Part shown: in pieces, positions 45,651-53,639 of the stretch
How the letters are laid out: the number at the start of each line of letters is the position of its first letter
Numbering within the stretch: position 1 is the stretch's first letter
DNA from: Syntrophorhabdales bacterium
GTDB taxonomy: Bacteria > Desulfobacterota > Syntrophorhabdia > Syntrophorhabdales > WCHB1-27
Reading direction: 5' to 3'
NCBI GenBank assembly: GCA_035315185.1
Contig: DATFYE010000002.1
Location: 11,249 to 75,248, forward strand
DNA: 64,000 nt
Made by a program: the position numbers and the translations under genes
The notes under the pieces: generated by a model
Databases searched by the model: none
The model's input: the letters and a program-made list of their open reading frames with translations, nothing else
Told to the model about the DNA's origin: nothing

Positions 45651-45793
45651 CGGGGTATGGTCAGGTTGACATCAGGAGGTCCAACCGTCAGGCAGCAATG
45701 GTTATCCATGGGGCAGCAGTCGTGAAGTTGGCCGTCGTAGTTCTGAATGACTATGAATTCCGTCCCGCACCTTCGGCGCGAGTTGTCCCGCAT
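45647..45793 (-). CDS. Possible 48-aa Cys/His-rich micro-ORF coupled to pcnB
   Basis: Own translation: MRDNSRRRCGTEFIVIQNYDGQLHDCCPMDNHCCLTVGPPDVNLTIPR. Its TGA overlaps the pcnB GTG start (GTGA). No clear SD. Confidence 0.3.
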   Translation of the reverse strand: MRDNSRRRCGTEFIVIQNYDGQLHDCCPMDNHCCLTVGPPDVNLTIPR

Positions 45794-45869
45794 GCGTCGC
45801 GTCACTTGAGGGGGCGATGCACTGCCGGTTTTTCAGGAGCAGGTGCACACGGTGAACCGCTGATGTTGC

Positions 45870-46097
45870 CTACTTCGTTGCCTTCACAGCCTTCATCAGG
45901 ATCCAGCCGTCCATAGGTTTCTTGCTTGCAATATGGTAGCCGAGCGACTCAAGCACCTGGGTAACCTCTTCGCAGGTCTGTCCAGCCAGAACCTCTACGC
46001 TCAATTCCGGCTCACGGAGGATCCCAACGATCTTTTTTGTGTAGACGGCGGGGAAATGGCCGGTGAGCTCTCTCATCTTAAGCTCTATAGATTCCAT
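45870..46097 (-). CDS. Small protein, TusA/SirA-like fold suspected but lacking the CPxP cysteine
   Basis: 75-aa track ORF. RELTGHFPAVYTKKIV aligns loosely with the TusA RGLxCPxP region, with Gly-His-Phe in place of Cys. Confidence 0.35.
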   Translation of the reverse strand: MESIELKMRELTGHFPAVYTKKIVGILREPELSVEVLAGQTCEEVTQVLESLGYHIASKKPMDGWILMKAVKATK

Positions 46098-46140
46098 GAT
46101 TTTATTTTAGACTATTTCGTGTATTGGATGCAAGTACCCT

Positions 46141-46169
46141 TTGACGTATCCGATCCACAGGAGTACAAT
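46141..46169 (+). promoter_or_regulatory. Sigma-70 promoter candidate for the Gly/Tyr-rich protein gene
   Basis: TTGACG (46141-46146), 17-nt spacer, TACAAT (46164-46169). SD AGGAGG 8 nt before ATG 46190. Confidence 0.45.
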
Positions 46170-46189
46170 TTTAACAGGAGGAAAGTGCT

Positions 46190-46999
46190 ATGAAAAGGTT
46201 TCTCTTGATCATGGTGCTTTGTCTGGCGGTTACCGTTCCCTACGCCTATGGACGCGGTGGACATGGTGGGGGCGGTCACGGAGGTGGAGGTGGACATTCC
46301 GGAGGATTTTCCGGAGGACATAGTGGTTTTTCCGGTGGGCATTTCGGTGGATTCTCCGGACATGGATTCTCCAGTACTCGTGGATACTCCAGTGGATCGT
46401 TAACTGGCAGCCGAGGATTTAGCAGCGGAGGCTTTACTCAGCATGCATCATACAGCGGTGTCAGGAGCTACAGTGGAGGTGGGTATAGGGGCAGTTACAG
46501 CGGCACGAGGAGCTACGGCGCCTATAGAGGAAGCTATAGTGGAGGATACCGTGGTGGCAGCTACGGCGCCTATCACGGCGGCTACGTTGTGGGACACTAT
46601 TACGGCGGGCACTACTACCCAGGAGGATATTATGGAGGTTATCCCAGGTATTACTACAGAGGATGGGCTCCGTATGGCGCAGCATTCGGGTTTTTCTTTG
46701 GCGGGGTAGTTATCGGAGGTCTCTATAGTCCATTCTGGTGGCCTTATTACTACGTGCCGGTCCCATCGGCTTATTATGATCCATACTATTCTTTTCCGTA
46801 TCCCGCACCCCCTTATGTGATTGAGGTTCCACCGCCGGAGGCTACAACCCAGTACCAACAAAATCCGACGACAGCGCCTCCAAATCAGTGCTATGCACCA
46901 AAGACCGATGCGAGCGGAAATATAATCAAGGAAAATGGGAATATGGTTCCTGACTTTTCGAAGCCCGTACCGTGCCCTCCACAGCAAGGAGGGGGATAG
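46190..46999 (+). CDS. Secreted low-complexity Gly/Ser/Tyr/His/Arg-rich protein with a hydrophobic segment and a Pro/Tyr-rich tail
   Basis: 269 aa. Signal peptide MKRFLLIMVLCLAVTVPYAYG, then GGHGGGGHGGGGGHSGGFSGGHSGFSGGHFGGFSGHG, (Y/S)RGSYSG repeats, GHYYGGHYYPGGYYGGYPRYYY, FGFFFGGVVIGGLY, PYYSFPYPAPPYVIEVPPPE. Confidence 0.7.
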   Translation: MKRFLLIMVLCLAVTVPYAYGRGGHGGGGHGGGGGHSGGFSGGHSGFSGGHFGGFSGHGFSSTRGYSSGSLTGSRGFSSGGFTQHASYSGVRSYSGGGYRGSYSGTRSYGAYRGSYSGGYRGGSYGAYHGGYVVGHYYGGHYYPGGYYGGYPRYYYRGWAPYGAAFGFFFGGVVIGGLYSPFWWPYYYVPVPSAYYDPYYSFPYPAPPYVIEVPPPEATTQYQQNPTTAPPNQCYAPKTDASGNIIKENGNMVPDFSKPVPCPPQQGGG

Positions 47000-47017
47000 T
47001 AAGAATTTCGTGGCCAT

Positions 47018-48940
47018 TCAAATAGATGGAGAAGCGGGACCGCCGAACAACGTTATGGTCTTTCTGACCAGGGAGGACAGCGAGGGGTCGCGTGCTCCCA
47101 TGACAAGAACACAATCGCCGGGCCTCGCATCAGTTTTCAATTTGATCAGCAGCTCATCGCGGTCGCTCACCGCTTCTGCCCTGAATGACACAGAACCGAG
47201 TCCATTTATGAGGTCCGCCGAGGAGATATTCTTTTGGGCAGTGCCTCCGGCGTAATAGATCGGCAAGAGATAGAGCGAGTCGTTCTCACGGAAGATGGTT
47301 CGAAAGGTTGCGATATAGTCATCCTTCAGGAATCGGGTCGGCCCAAACCCGTGCGGTTGGTATACGGCAAGGATTCGCTCTGAAAGACCACGTGCTGCGG
47401 ATACGACAGCCGCGATCTTAGCCGGATTATGCGCAAAATCGTCTATCACGTGCACGCTATCTACGGTATCCGTTACGGTGAAGCGCCGTGCTACACCCTC
47501 AAACGTTCGCACAGCTTCTGCGAGAGCCTGTTCATCGCACTCGAAATATTCGCAGACGCAGAGCGCGGCACGCAGGTTTTCCAGGTTATGGTTGCCCGGC
47601 AGCGGCAAATGGTATTCGGTGCCGTTACGCCAAAGCTTCACCGACGTCCGCAGGAGCTGTTCATGGTCCGGTCGCCACGCAGCCGAACTGTTCCGGCCAA
47701 AAGTTACCGTTGTCCGAATGGAAGCAAGAATCGGATCGTCCGCATTTGAAGCACTCCATTGAGATTGTGCGACAAGGGTTGCAAAAAGGTCCCGTAACTC
47801 GTCAATGCTCTTGTGGTCCTTAGAAACATTGAGAAGAACCGCAACCTCCGGAGCATACTTGACAATCGTTCCGTCATGCTCGTCCGCCTCCACCACGAGG
47901 AGATCGGATGCGCCGCTGAAGGCGTTGCCGATCAGGCCCTGTTTTTCGAGCCTTACCAGGGGCGCACCACTGATGAGAGAGGGAGATTTCCGGCAAGCGG
48001 TCAGGAATTCGAATATCATTGCCGTGACGGTCGATTTACCGCTTGTGCCTGCGACCGCAACTGTCCTTTTCGAGGTGATGAGTGCGGCAAGCAGATCGGA
48101 GCGATGCACGATGGGTGTGCGCCGTATCCGCGCGAGAGCGATGTCAGGGTTCGATTCTTCTATTGCTGTTGAGACGCAGACGGCATCGGTATCAGCGCTG
48201 ACACCTGAACCGTCCTGACGAACGATGATGCACCCGAGTCCCTCGAGGGATCGGCGCATGGAGGCGGTATCTTCACTGCCAAGCAAACGATCGGAACCGG
48301 AAGCAGTGATTCCCTCAAAGCGCACGTACTGCGCGAGGGCACTCATCCCGGTGCCGAAAATACCGGCAAAATGAACGCTTCGGCACGCAGTGTCGCCAAT
48401 AAGTACGGGTGGAGGATCGATGTAGACCAGGTTACCTTCGCTCACCAGTTCGAACAGGCGGATGACGTCCTGATTCCGTAAACAGAGGCATCCGTGGGAT
48501 AGGGGCGTGCCTATGAGATCCTCCCTGTTGGTGCCGTGGATATAGATGCAGCGCTCATAGGAATCGACGGTTCCGCCTTTATTGATCCCGTCCTCCAGAC
48601 CTTCCAGTCGCAGAATACGCGTCAGTATCAGATTCTCATCACGCGAACGCTGATCCCAGTCGATACCCGTATCCCTGCGTTCTTTGAAAATGCGGCCCGC
48701 AGGTGCGCCCGACCCGATTTTATCCTTGATTCGATGGAGACCGAGGGGTGTTTTGAATGAGTTCTTTCGAATACCGGTACCGAAACGGGAAGTGGAGCAA
48801 TCGAACCGCTCGATAATGGTTTGGCGACGGTAGAGGAAGAGCGTTTGTGTTTCGATCGACTCGACGAGAAAAAGCTCTTCAGGGTCATTCAGGAATTTAT
48901 GAAGTTTTTGGTAAATACGACGTAACCGGGTCTTCTCCAT
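47018..48940 (-). CDS. Fusion protein: N-terminal YkuD (L,D-transpeptidase catalytic) domain plus a MurC/Mpl-type Mur ligase
   Basis: 640 aa. YkuD motif IHGTNREDLIGTPLSHGCLCLRNQDV. Mur ligase VHFAGIFGTGMSALAQY, P-loop VAVAGTSGKSTVTAMI, DDFAHNPAKI. No N-terminal signal peptide (MEKTRLRRIYQKLHKF). Confidence 0.8.
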   Translation of the reverse strand: MEKTRLRRIYQKLHKFLNDPEELFLVESIETQTLFLYRRQTIIERFDCSTSRFGTGIRKNSFKTPLGLHRIKDKIGSGAPAGRIFKERRDTGIDWDQRSRDENLILTRILRLEGLEDGINKGGTVDSYERCIYIHGTNREDLIGTPLSHGCLCLRNQDVIRLFELVSEGNLVYIDPPPVLIGDTACRSVHFAGIFGTGMSALAQYVRFEGITASGSDRLLGSEDTASMRRSLEGLGCIIVRQDGSGVSADTDAVCVSTAIEESNPDIALARIRRTPIVHRSDLLAALITSKRTVAVAGTSGKSTVTAMIFEFLTACRKSPSLISGAPLVRLEKQGLIGNAFSGASDLLVVEADEHDGTIVKYAPEVAVLLNVSKDHKSIDELRDLFATLVAQSQWSASNADDPILASIRTTVTFGRNSSAAWRPDHEQLLRTSVKLWRNGTEYHLPLPGNHNLENLRAALCVCEYFECDEQALAEAVRTFEGVARRFTVTDTVDSVHVIDDFAHNPAKIAAVVSAARGLSERILAVYQPHGFGPTRFLKDDYIATFRTIFRENDSLYLLPIYYAGGTAQKNISSADLINGLGSVSFRAEAVSDRDELLIKLKTDARPGDCVLVMGARDPSLSSLVRKTITLFGGPASPSI

Positions 48941-48954
48941 CCACTCATCAAAGC

Positions 48955-49425
48955 CTATTTCGGCGGGAAATTCGCAAGAATACCCTGCACAGCCTGCTTC
49001 AGGTCGCCAGAGGCAGCATCGGTGTGAATGGTCCCGGATGCGGTTCCCCGCCAGACCAACTCCTTCTGGTCTGGTTTGTAGATATTCAGGGTCAGCATCC
49101 GAAGCTCATAACCATACTGATAGTAACCTATGTCGGATTCGTAATTTATAGCAATCAACAGATCGGGCTTCTCGGGCACCCAAGTGAACCCTTTCTGGCC
49201 GAGAAATTGATCCGCAAGAACCCGAACATTTGTTTCAAGCAGGGGGTCCTGTACTCCGTAGATTACCGATGACGGGGCCCACATATAACTCTTCAACCCC
49301 GAGAAGCCCGTCCTGGTGTCATAGGAGTATTTGATAGTTGTGCAGCCCCCCAGAATAAGAACCGATAGCAGGACTGTCACTCCCAGTACTAAACTTCTTT
49401 TTCCTTTGCATACGGTCATCATCAT
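48955..49425 (-). CDS. Small lipoprotein (DUF4136-like)
   Basis: 156 aa. Lipobox ILGGC. Followed by a beta-rich domain. The family call is from memory only. Confidence 0.5.
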   Translation of the reverse strand: MMMTVCKGKRSLVLGVTVLLSVLILGGCTTIKYSYDTRTGFSGLKSYMWAPSSVIYGVQDPLLETNVRVLADQFLGQKGFTWVPEKPDLLIAINYESDIGYYQYGYELRMLTLNIYKPDQKELVWRGTASGTIHTDAASGDLKQAVQGILANFPPK

Positions 49426-49595
49426 GCCCCCTTGGTGAAGATGATATGACGTAAGACATTTTTTCTATTGTATAGCACCGTTTGCTCGGCGTCAAGGATT
49501 GTATACTAATGTTGCATCGGCCCTGGTGCCCGGGAGTAATTCCAGAAGCCGGGGCTTATTAACAAATTCGTAGCCACAGGCGTGAAAACAAACGC

Positions 49596-49623
49596 TTGAC
49601 TAAGTTTGGAGGTGGTGTAGAAT
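49596..49623 (+). promoter_or_regulatory. Sigma-70 promoter candidate with a ~150-nt leader to the 49777 gene
   Basis: TTGACT (49596-49601), 16-nt spacer, TAGAAT (49618-49623). Confidence 0.4.
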
Positions 49624-49776
49624 TGTATATGAGCGTATGCAATTTACTCAGGGGTGCAGGAGAAGGTTACGGCCGGGTTGTGGAAGCGACAGGCAATGAG
49701 AATGGCCCCGACGGTGCTGCGTCAACAGACAACATGAGTGTGGGGAGCAGACCGATACTGAATGGAGGTGCCTGAT

Positions 49777-50178
49777 ATGAATCCAGCCTTAGAGGCACGG
49801 AAAAGGCCGCTTGCGGACAAGAATCCAGCCTTAGAGGCACGCAAGAAACAGCTTGCAGAGAAATACATTCATGATCCCCAGCAGAGAGAGATCTTCCTTA
49901 CAAAGGCAACACACTACAAAATGTGGGCGAACTACATTGCGGGACTCATCCTCACGAACGAGCACTACCAGGAGTTCCATACAAGCGACATGCGGCGGGT
50001 ATTGAAGCGGTTGCTTGGAGATCTTTACGATGGCCCCGGAGCACGAGCGTCTGCATTATCGACACAGGATATGGCCGACACATCACACGCGCATTATGGA
50101 TATCCTTGTCTTCAAAAGGTCGACGGAGGAAAAGGTTATTACAGGTTTATTGGATTTCCCAAAGAGCGGCAACCATAA
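49777..50178 (+). CDS. Hypothetical protein with a duplicated 14-aa N-terminal motif
   Basis: Track ORF 49762..50178. ATG 49777 (SD GGAGG 8 nt upstream). NPALEARKRPLADK / NPALEARKKQLAEK are encoded by a 42-bp tandem duplication. Confidence 0.5.
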   Translation: MNPALEARKRPLADKNPALEARKKQLAEKYIHDPQQREIFLTKATHYKMWANYIAGLILTNEHYQEFHTSDMRRVLKRLLGDLYDGPGARASALSTQDMADTSHAHYGYPCLQKVDGGKGYYRFIGFPKERQP

Positions 50179-50520
50179 TGATCACGAAAGCAGCCGCCGC
50201 GTCCTTCTTCATATTTTCCTATTTTGTCTCATCATTTTTTTGCTGCACGTCCTTGCATGACTCGCAGGATCGCTTTGGATACCCGAGAGAAACAAATGTA
50301 TACTCGGCAAGGCAGTCCGGAACCCTAAAACCCGGGGAACTCCTCTAAGCTTTCGTTATGGTCCACCGTTTTTCTTGCGCCCTATCGTGCGGCCCAAAAT
50401 GAAAGGTGAACCGCCCGTTTCCTCGCGGCGCTACAGCCGAGGAGATATCGGGAAACGCGATTATGGTATACTTCAACACCGCATCGAATACAGGCTGCAT
50501 AGAAAGGAACTGCAATAACG

Positions 50521-52206
50521 ATGGCCAATGAACCGAACAAGGTGATTTACTCCATGGTGGGGGTAAGCAAGTATTACGACAAGCAGCCGGTTTTGAAAGA
50601 TATCTATCTCTCTTATTTTTACGGAGCAAAGATCGGTGTTCTCGGCCTGAACGGCTCAGGGAAAAGCTCGCTTCTCCGTATTCTTGCAGGAGTCGACACA
50701 GAGTTCATTGGCAAGACGGTTCTCTCTCCCGGTTTCACCGTGGGATTCCTTGAACAGGAGCCGAAGCTCGATGATGGGAAAACAGTCCGGGAGATTGTGG
50801 AAGAGGGCGTTCATGAAATCGCAGCTGCCCTCAAGGAATACAATCTCATCAGTGAGAGATTTGCCGAACCGATGCCGGAAGCGGAGATGAACAAGCTCAT
50901 CGAACGACAGGGCGAAGTACAGGAGAAGTTGGACGCTCTGAATGCGTGGGATCTGGATTCACGCCTCGAGATGGCGATGGATGCCCTGCGCTGCCCTCCG
51001 GGAGAGACTCCGGTCAATGTGCTGTCCGGAGGGGAACGACGCCGTGTGGCGCTCTGCCGGCTGCTCCTCAAGAAGCCCGATATCCTGCTTCTCGATGAGC
51101 CGACCAATCACCTCGATGCAGAGACCGTAGCCTGGCTGGAGCACCACTTGCAGAGTTATCCGGGCACGGTTATTGCCGTAACGCATGACCGCTATTTCCT
51201 CGACAATGTTGCCGGTTGGATTCTGGAACTGGACAGAGGATACGGGATTCCCTGGAAGGGAAATTATTCCTCTTGGCTGGAGCAGAAGAAAAACCGTCTG
51301 CAACAGGAAGAGAAATCGGAGAGCGAGCGGCAGAAGACGCTGCAGCGCGAGCTTGAGTGGATACGGATGTCTCCCAAAGGACGCCACGCAAAAGCGAAAG
51401 CCCGTATCACTTCTTATGAGGCGCTCCTCAGTCGCGATGTGGAAAAAAGTTCGAAAGAGCTGCAGATCTATATTCCGCCGGGACCCCGCTTGGGCAATGT
51501 CGTCATCGAGGCCGATAACGTGAGCAAAGGTTACGGCGACAATATTCTCATGGGAGGAATGAGCTTTTCCCTGCCTCCCGGCGGAATCATCGGAGTCATA
51601 GGACCGAACGGCGCAGGAAAGACCACACTGTTCCGGATGATCACCGGTCAGGAAAAGCCTGATGCAGGCACGTTCAAAATAGGAGAAACCGTAAAGCTGG
51701 CGTACGTTGATCAGAGCCGCGACGTCCTCGATCCGAACAAGACTATATGGGAGGTTATTTCGGGTGGGGACGACACCATTCAGCTCGGCAAGCGGCAGGT
51801 GAATTCGCGCGCCTACGTTGCCCGCTTCAATTTCTCCGGGACCGACCAACAGAAGAAAGTGACGATGATATCCGGAGGGGAAAGAAACCGCGTGCACCTA
51901 GCCCGCATGCTCAAGGAAGAGGCCAATGTCCTTCTTCTTGACGAGCCCACTAATGACCTAGACGTAAACACCATGCGCGCCCTGGAAGAGGCATTGGAGA
52001 ATTTTGCCGGCTGTGCCGTGGTCATCTCCCACGACCGATGGTTCCTCGACCGCATCGCGACCCACATGCTTGCCTTCGAGGGTGAGAGCAACGTGGTCTG
52101 GTTCGACGGAAATTATTCTGAGTATGAAGCGGACAGAAGGGCCCGTGTCGGCCCCGCCGCAGACCAGCCCCACCGCATCAAATACAGACACTTGACCAGA
52201 GAGTAA
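50521..52206 (+). CDS. ettA: ABC-F translational throttle protein EttA
   Basis: 561 aa. Two ABC cassettes (GLNGSGKSSLLRILAG, LSGGERRRVAL, GPNGAGKTTLFRMITG, ISGGERNRVHL). N-terminus VIYSMVGVSKYYDKQPVLKDI as in EttA/YjjK. Confidence 0.9.
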   Translation: MANEPNKVIYSMVGVSKYYDKQPVLKDIYLSYFYGAKIGVLGLNGSGKSSLLRILAGVDTEFIGKTVLSPGFTVGFLEQEPKLDDGKTVREIVEEGVHEIAAALKEYNLISERFAEPMPEAEMNKLIERQGEVQEKLDALNAWDLDSRLEMAMDALRCPPGETPVNVLSGGERRRVALCRLLLKKPDILLLDEPTNHLDAETVAWLEHHLQSYPGTVIAVTHDRYFLDNVAGWILELDRGYGIPWKGNYSSWLEQKKNRLQQEEKSESERQKTLQRELEWIRMSPKGRHAKAKARITSYEALLSRDVEKSSKELQIYIPPGPRLGNVVIEADNVSKGYGDNILMGGMSFSLPPGGIIGVIGPNGAGKTTLFRMITGQEKPDAGTFKIGETVKLAYVDQSRDVLDPNKTIWEVISGGDDTIQLGKRQVNSRAYVARFNFSGTDQQKKVTMISGGERNRVHLARMLKEEANVLLLDEPTNDLDVNTMRALEEALENFAGCAVVISHDRWFLDRIATHMLAFEGESNVVWFDGNYSEYEADRRARVGPAADQPHRIKYRHLTRE

Positions 52207-52727
52207 ACAACTGCAATCCGTATGGAAGAGTTTTTCTACTCTAAAAGTGTCACAGTTTTCGGCGCGTCCGACAAGCCTGTACGAATATCGGTCGCTTTAG
52301 TAAACGAGAGTGCATCTTTACACGCCTTGCACTAACCCTCCGCGCATAACGGCCCTTTACCTCTCCATAACCCGGCAAAGGTCCGAAAGGCATAATGACA
52401 TGGCTTGCTACCCGTGCCTTGTTTTTCGATCATGGTACTACATGAAACATTATGATATACCTGGACACATAAACAGGGCCATACATTCCGCGACTTTCCC
52501 GGTATATCCTATCTTCAACCCACGGTGACGTTAAGGTGCAGGCGAATTAGTTGATCACCACAAGGACGTTTCGGTGAAAATTCCTTGAAATTAATTTATT
52601 ATCTATTACAGTAAGTTGCAATGTATTCATGAGAAATTGTGTGAGATACAGCGCGCGTAAGAGCCCGATTGTCTGAGTGTTTCATGTTGTTTCAGAAAAA
52701 TTCATTACGAGTGATGTGCGAGTATTT

Positions 52728-53396
52728 TTATATGGCTCCGAATACTTCTAAACCCCTGACCGTTCCTCCACCAAACCGAGCCAGGGTTTCCGCAGCAATG
52801 GTCAAGCCCTCCTTGAGATAGATTTCGTCGATACCGGGAACAGCATAGGAATAGAAGAGAACATTGCGCGTATCATCCTTGACTCTTGTTTTTTCATCAG
52901 CTCCCTGGCAGAGGACGCAGATGATCTCCTTTTCGTCCCGGAGCACGATCTCTTTTTCTTTTACTATGAACCGGCGACCTCCCATTCCAACAGCCGTCTC
53001 TCCTCCGCGGGCCACATCGAGCATCAGCATGCCTTCGATCCGGTCATAGTCGGTGACAGCCACAAGGATCCCGGCACTCATCTCGGCCATGAAGTGGGCA
53101 TCCACCATGAGGTTGTATCTCGGAAATCCGCTGTTGATGGTTCTACGAAGATGCTGGGGCAGAGGACACTCGAATCCGAAGCTCTGGAAAAACAGATCGT
53201 ACATATCGATGCGCTGAGAGATCTGAGCAAGGGTCTCGCGCTTTCTCATTTGCCGCAGAAGCCTTCGCTTGTATTGGTCAAACCCAGCGCTGTCGGTTAA
53301 GGGCATGCACCCTGAAATGAGGGTCAACCCGAACCCCACTCCCGGGTACTCTGCTTCATAGGCCGACGAGATAGAAAAGTCTATCCATGTTGACAT
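52728..53396 (-). CDS. B3/B4 (PheT-like tRNA-binding) domain protein, tentative
   Basis: Track ORF 52728..53456. Met at 53396 (MSTWIDFSIS) preferred. The pattern ...RYNLMVDAHFMAEMSAGILVAVTDYDRIEG resembles B3_4 domain proteins. Not verifiable here. Confidence 0.45.
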   Translation of the reverse strand: MSTWIDFSISSAYEAEYPGVGFGLTLISGCMPLTDSAGFDQYKRRLLRQMRKRETLAQISQRIDMYDLFFQSFGFECPLPQHLRRTINSGFPRYNLMVDAHFMAEMSAGILVAVTDYDRIEGMLMLDVARGGETAVGMGGRRFIVKEKEIVLRDEKEIICVLCQGADEKTRVKDDTRNVLFYSYAVPGIDEIYLKEGLTIAAETLARFGGGTVRGLEVFGAI

Positions 53397-53639
53397 ATTT
53401 CTATGCTCCACTGAAACACCAGGACCGACGTGGGCTTGAGACTGCTCTATACACAATATCTTTACGGAATTCTCTCCACAACATTGTAACTTTGTCTCTC
53501 CTTATTCTAGTGTCGCACATATTTCACGAAAGGAGAAGTCACTTTTTCACAACCGATGCGGCCTCCCTTCTTCGCGGTGCTGTACTACCATCTGTGCTGA
53601 GAGATTCCTGGTGAAGAAAAAGCGCCGGCTCACAAACAT

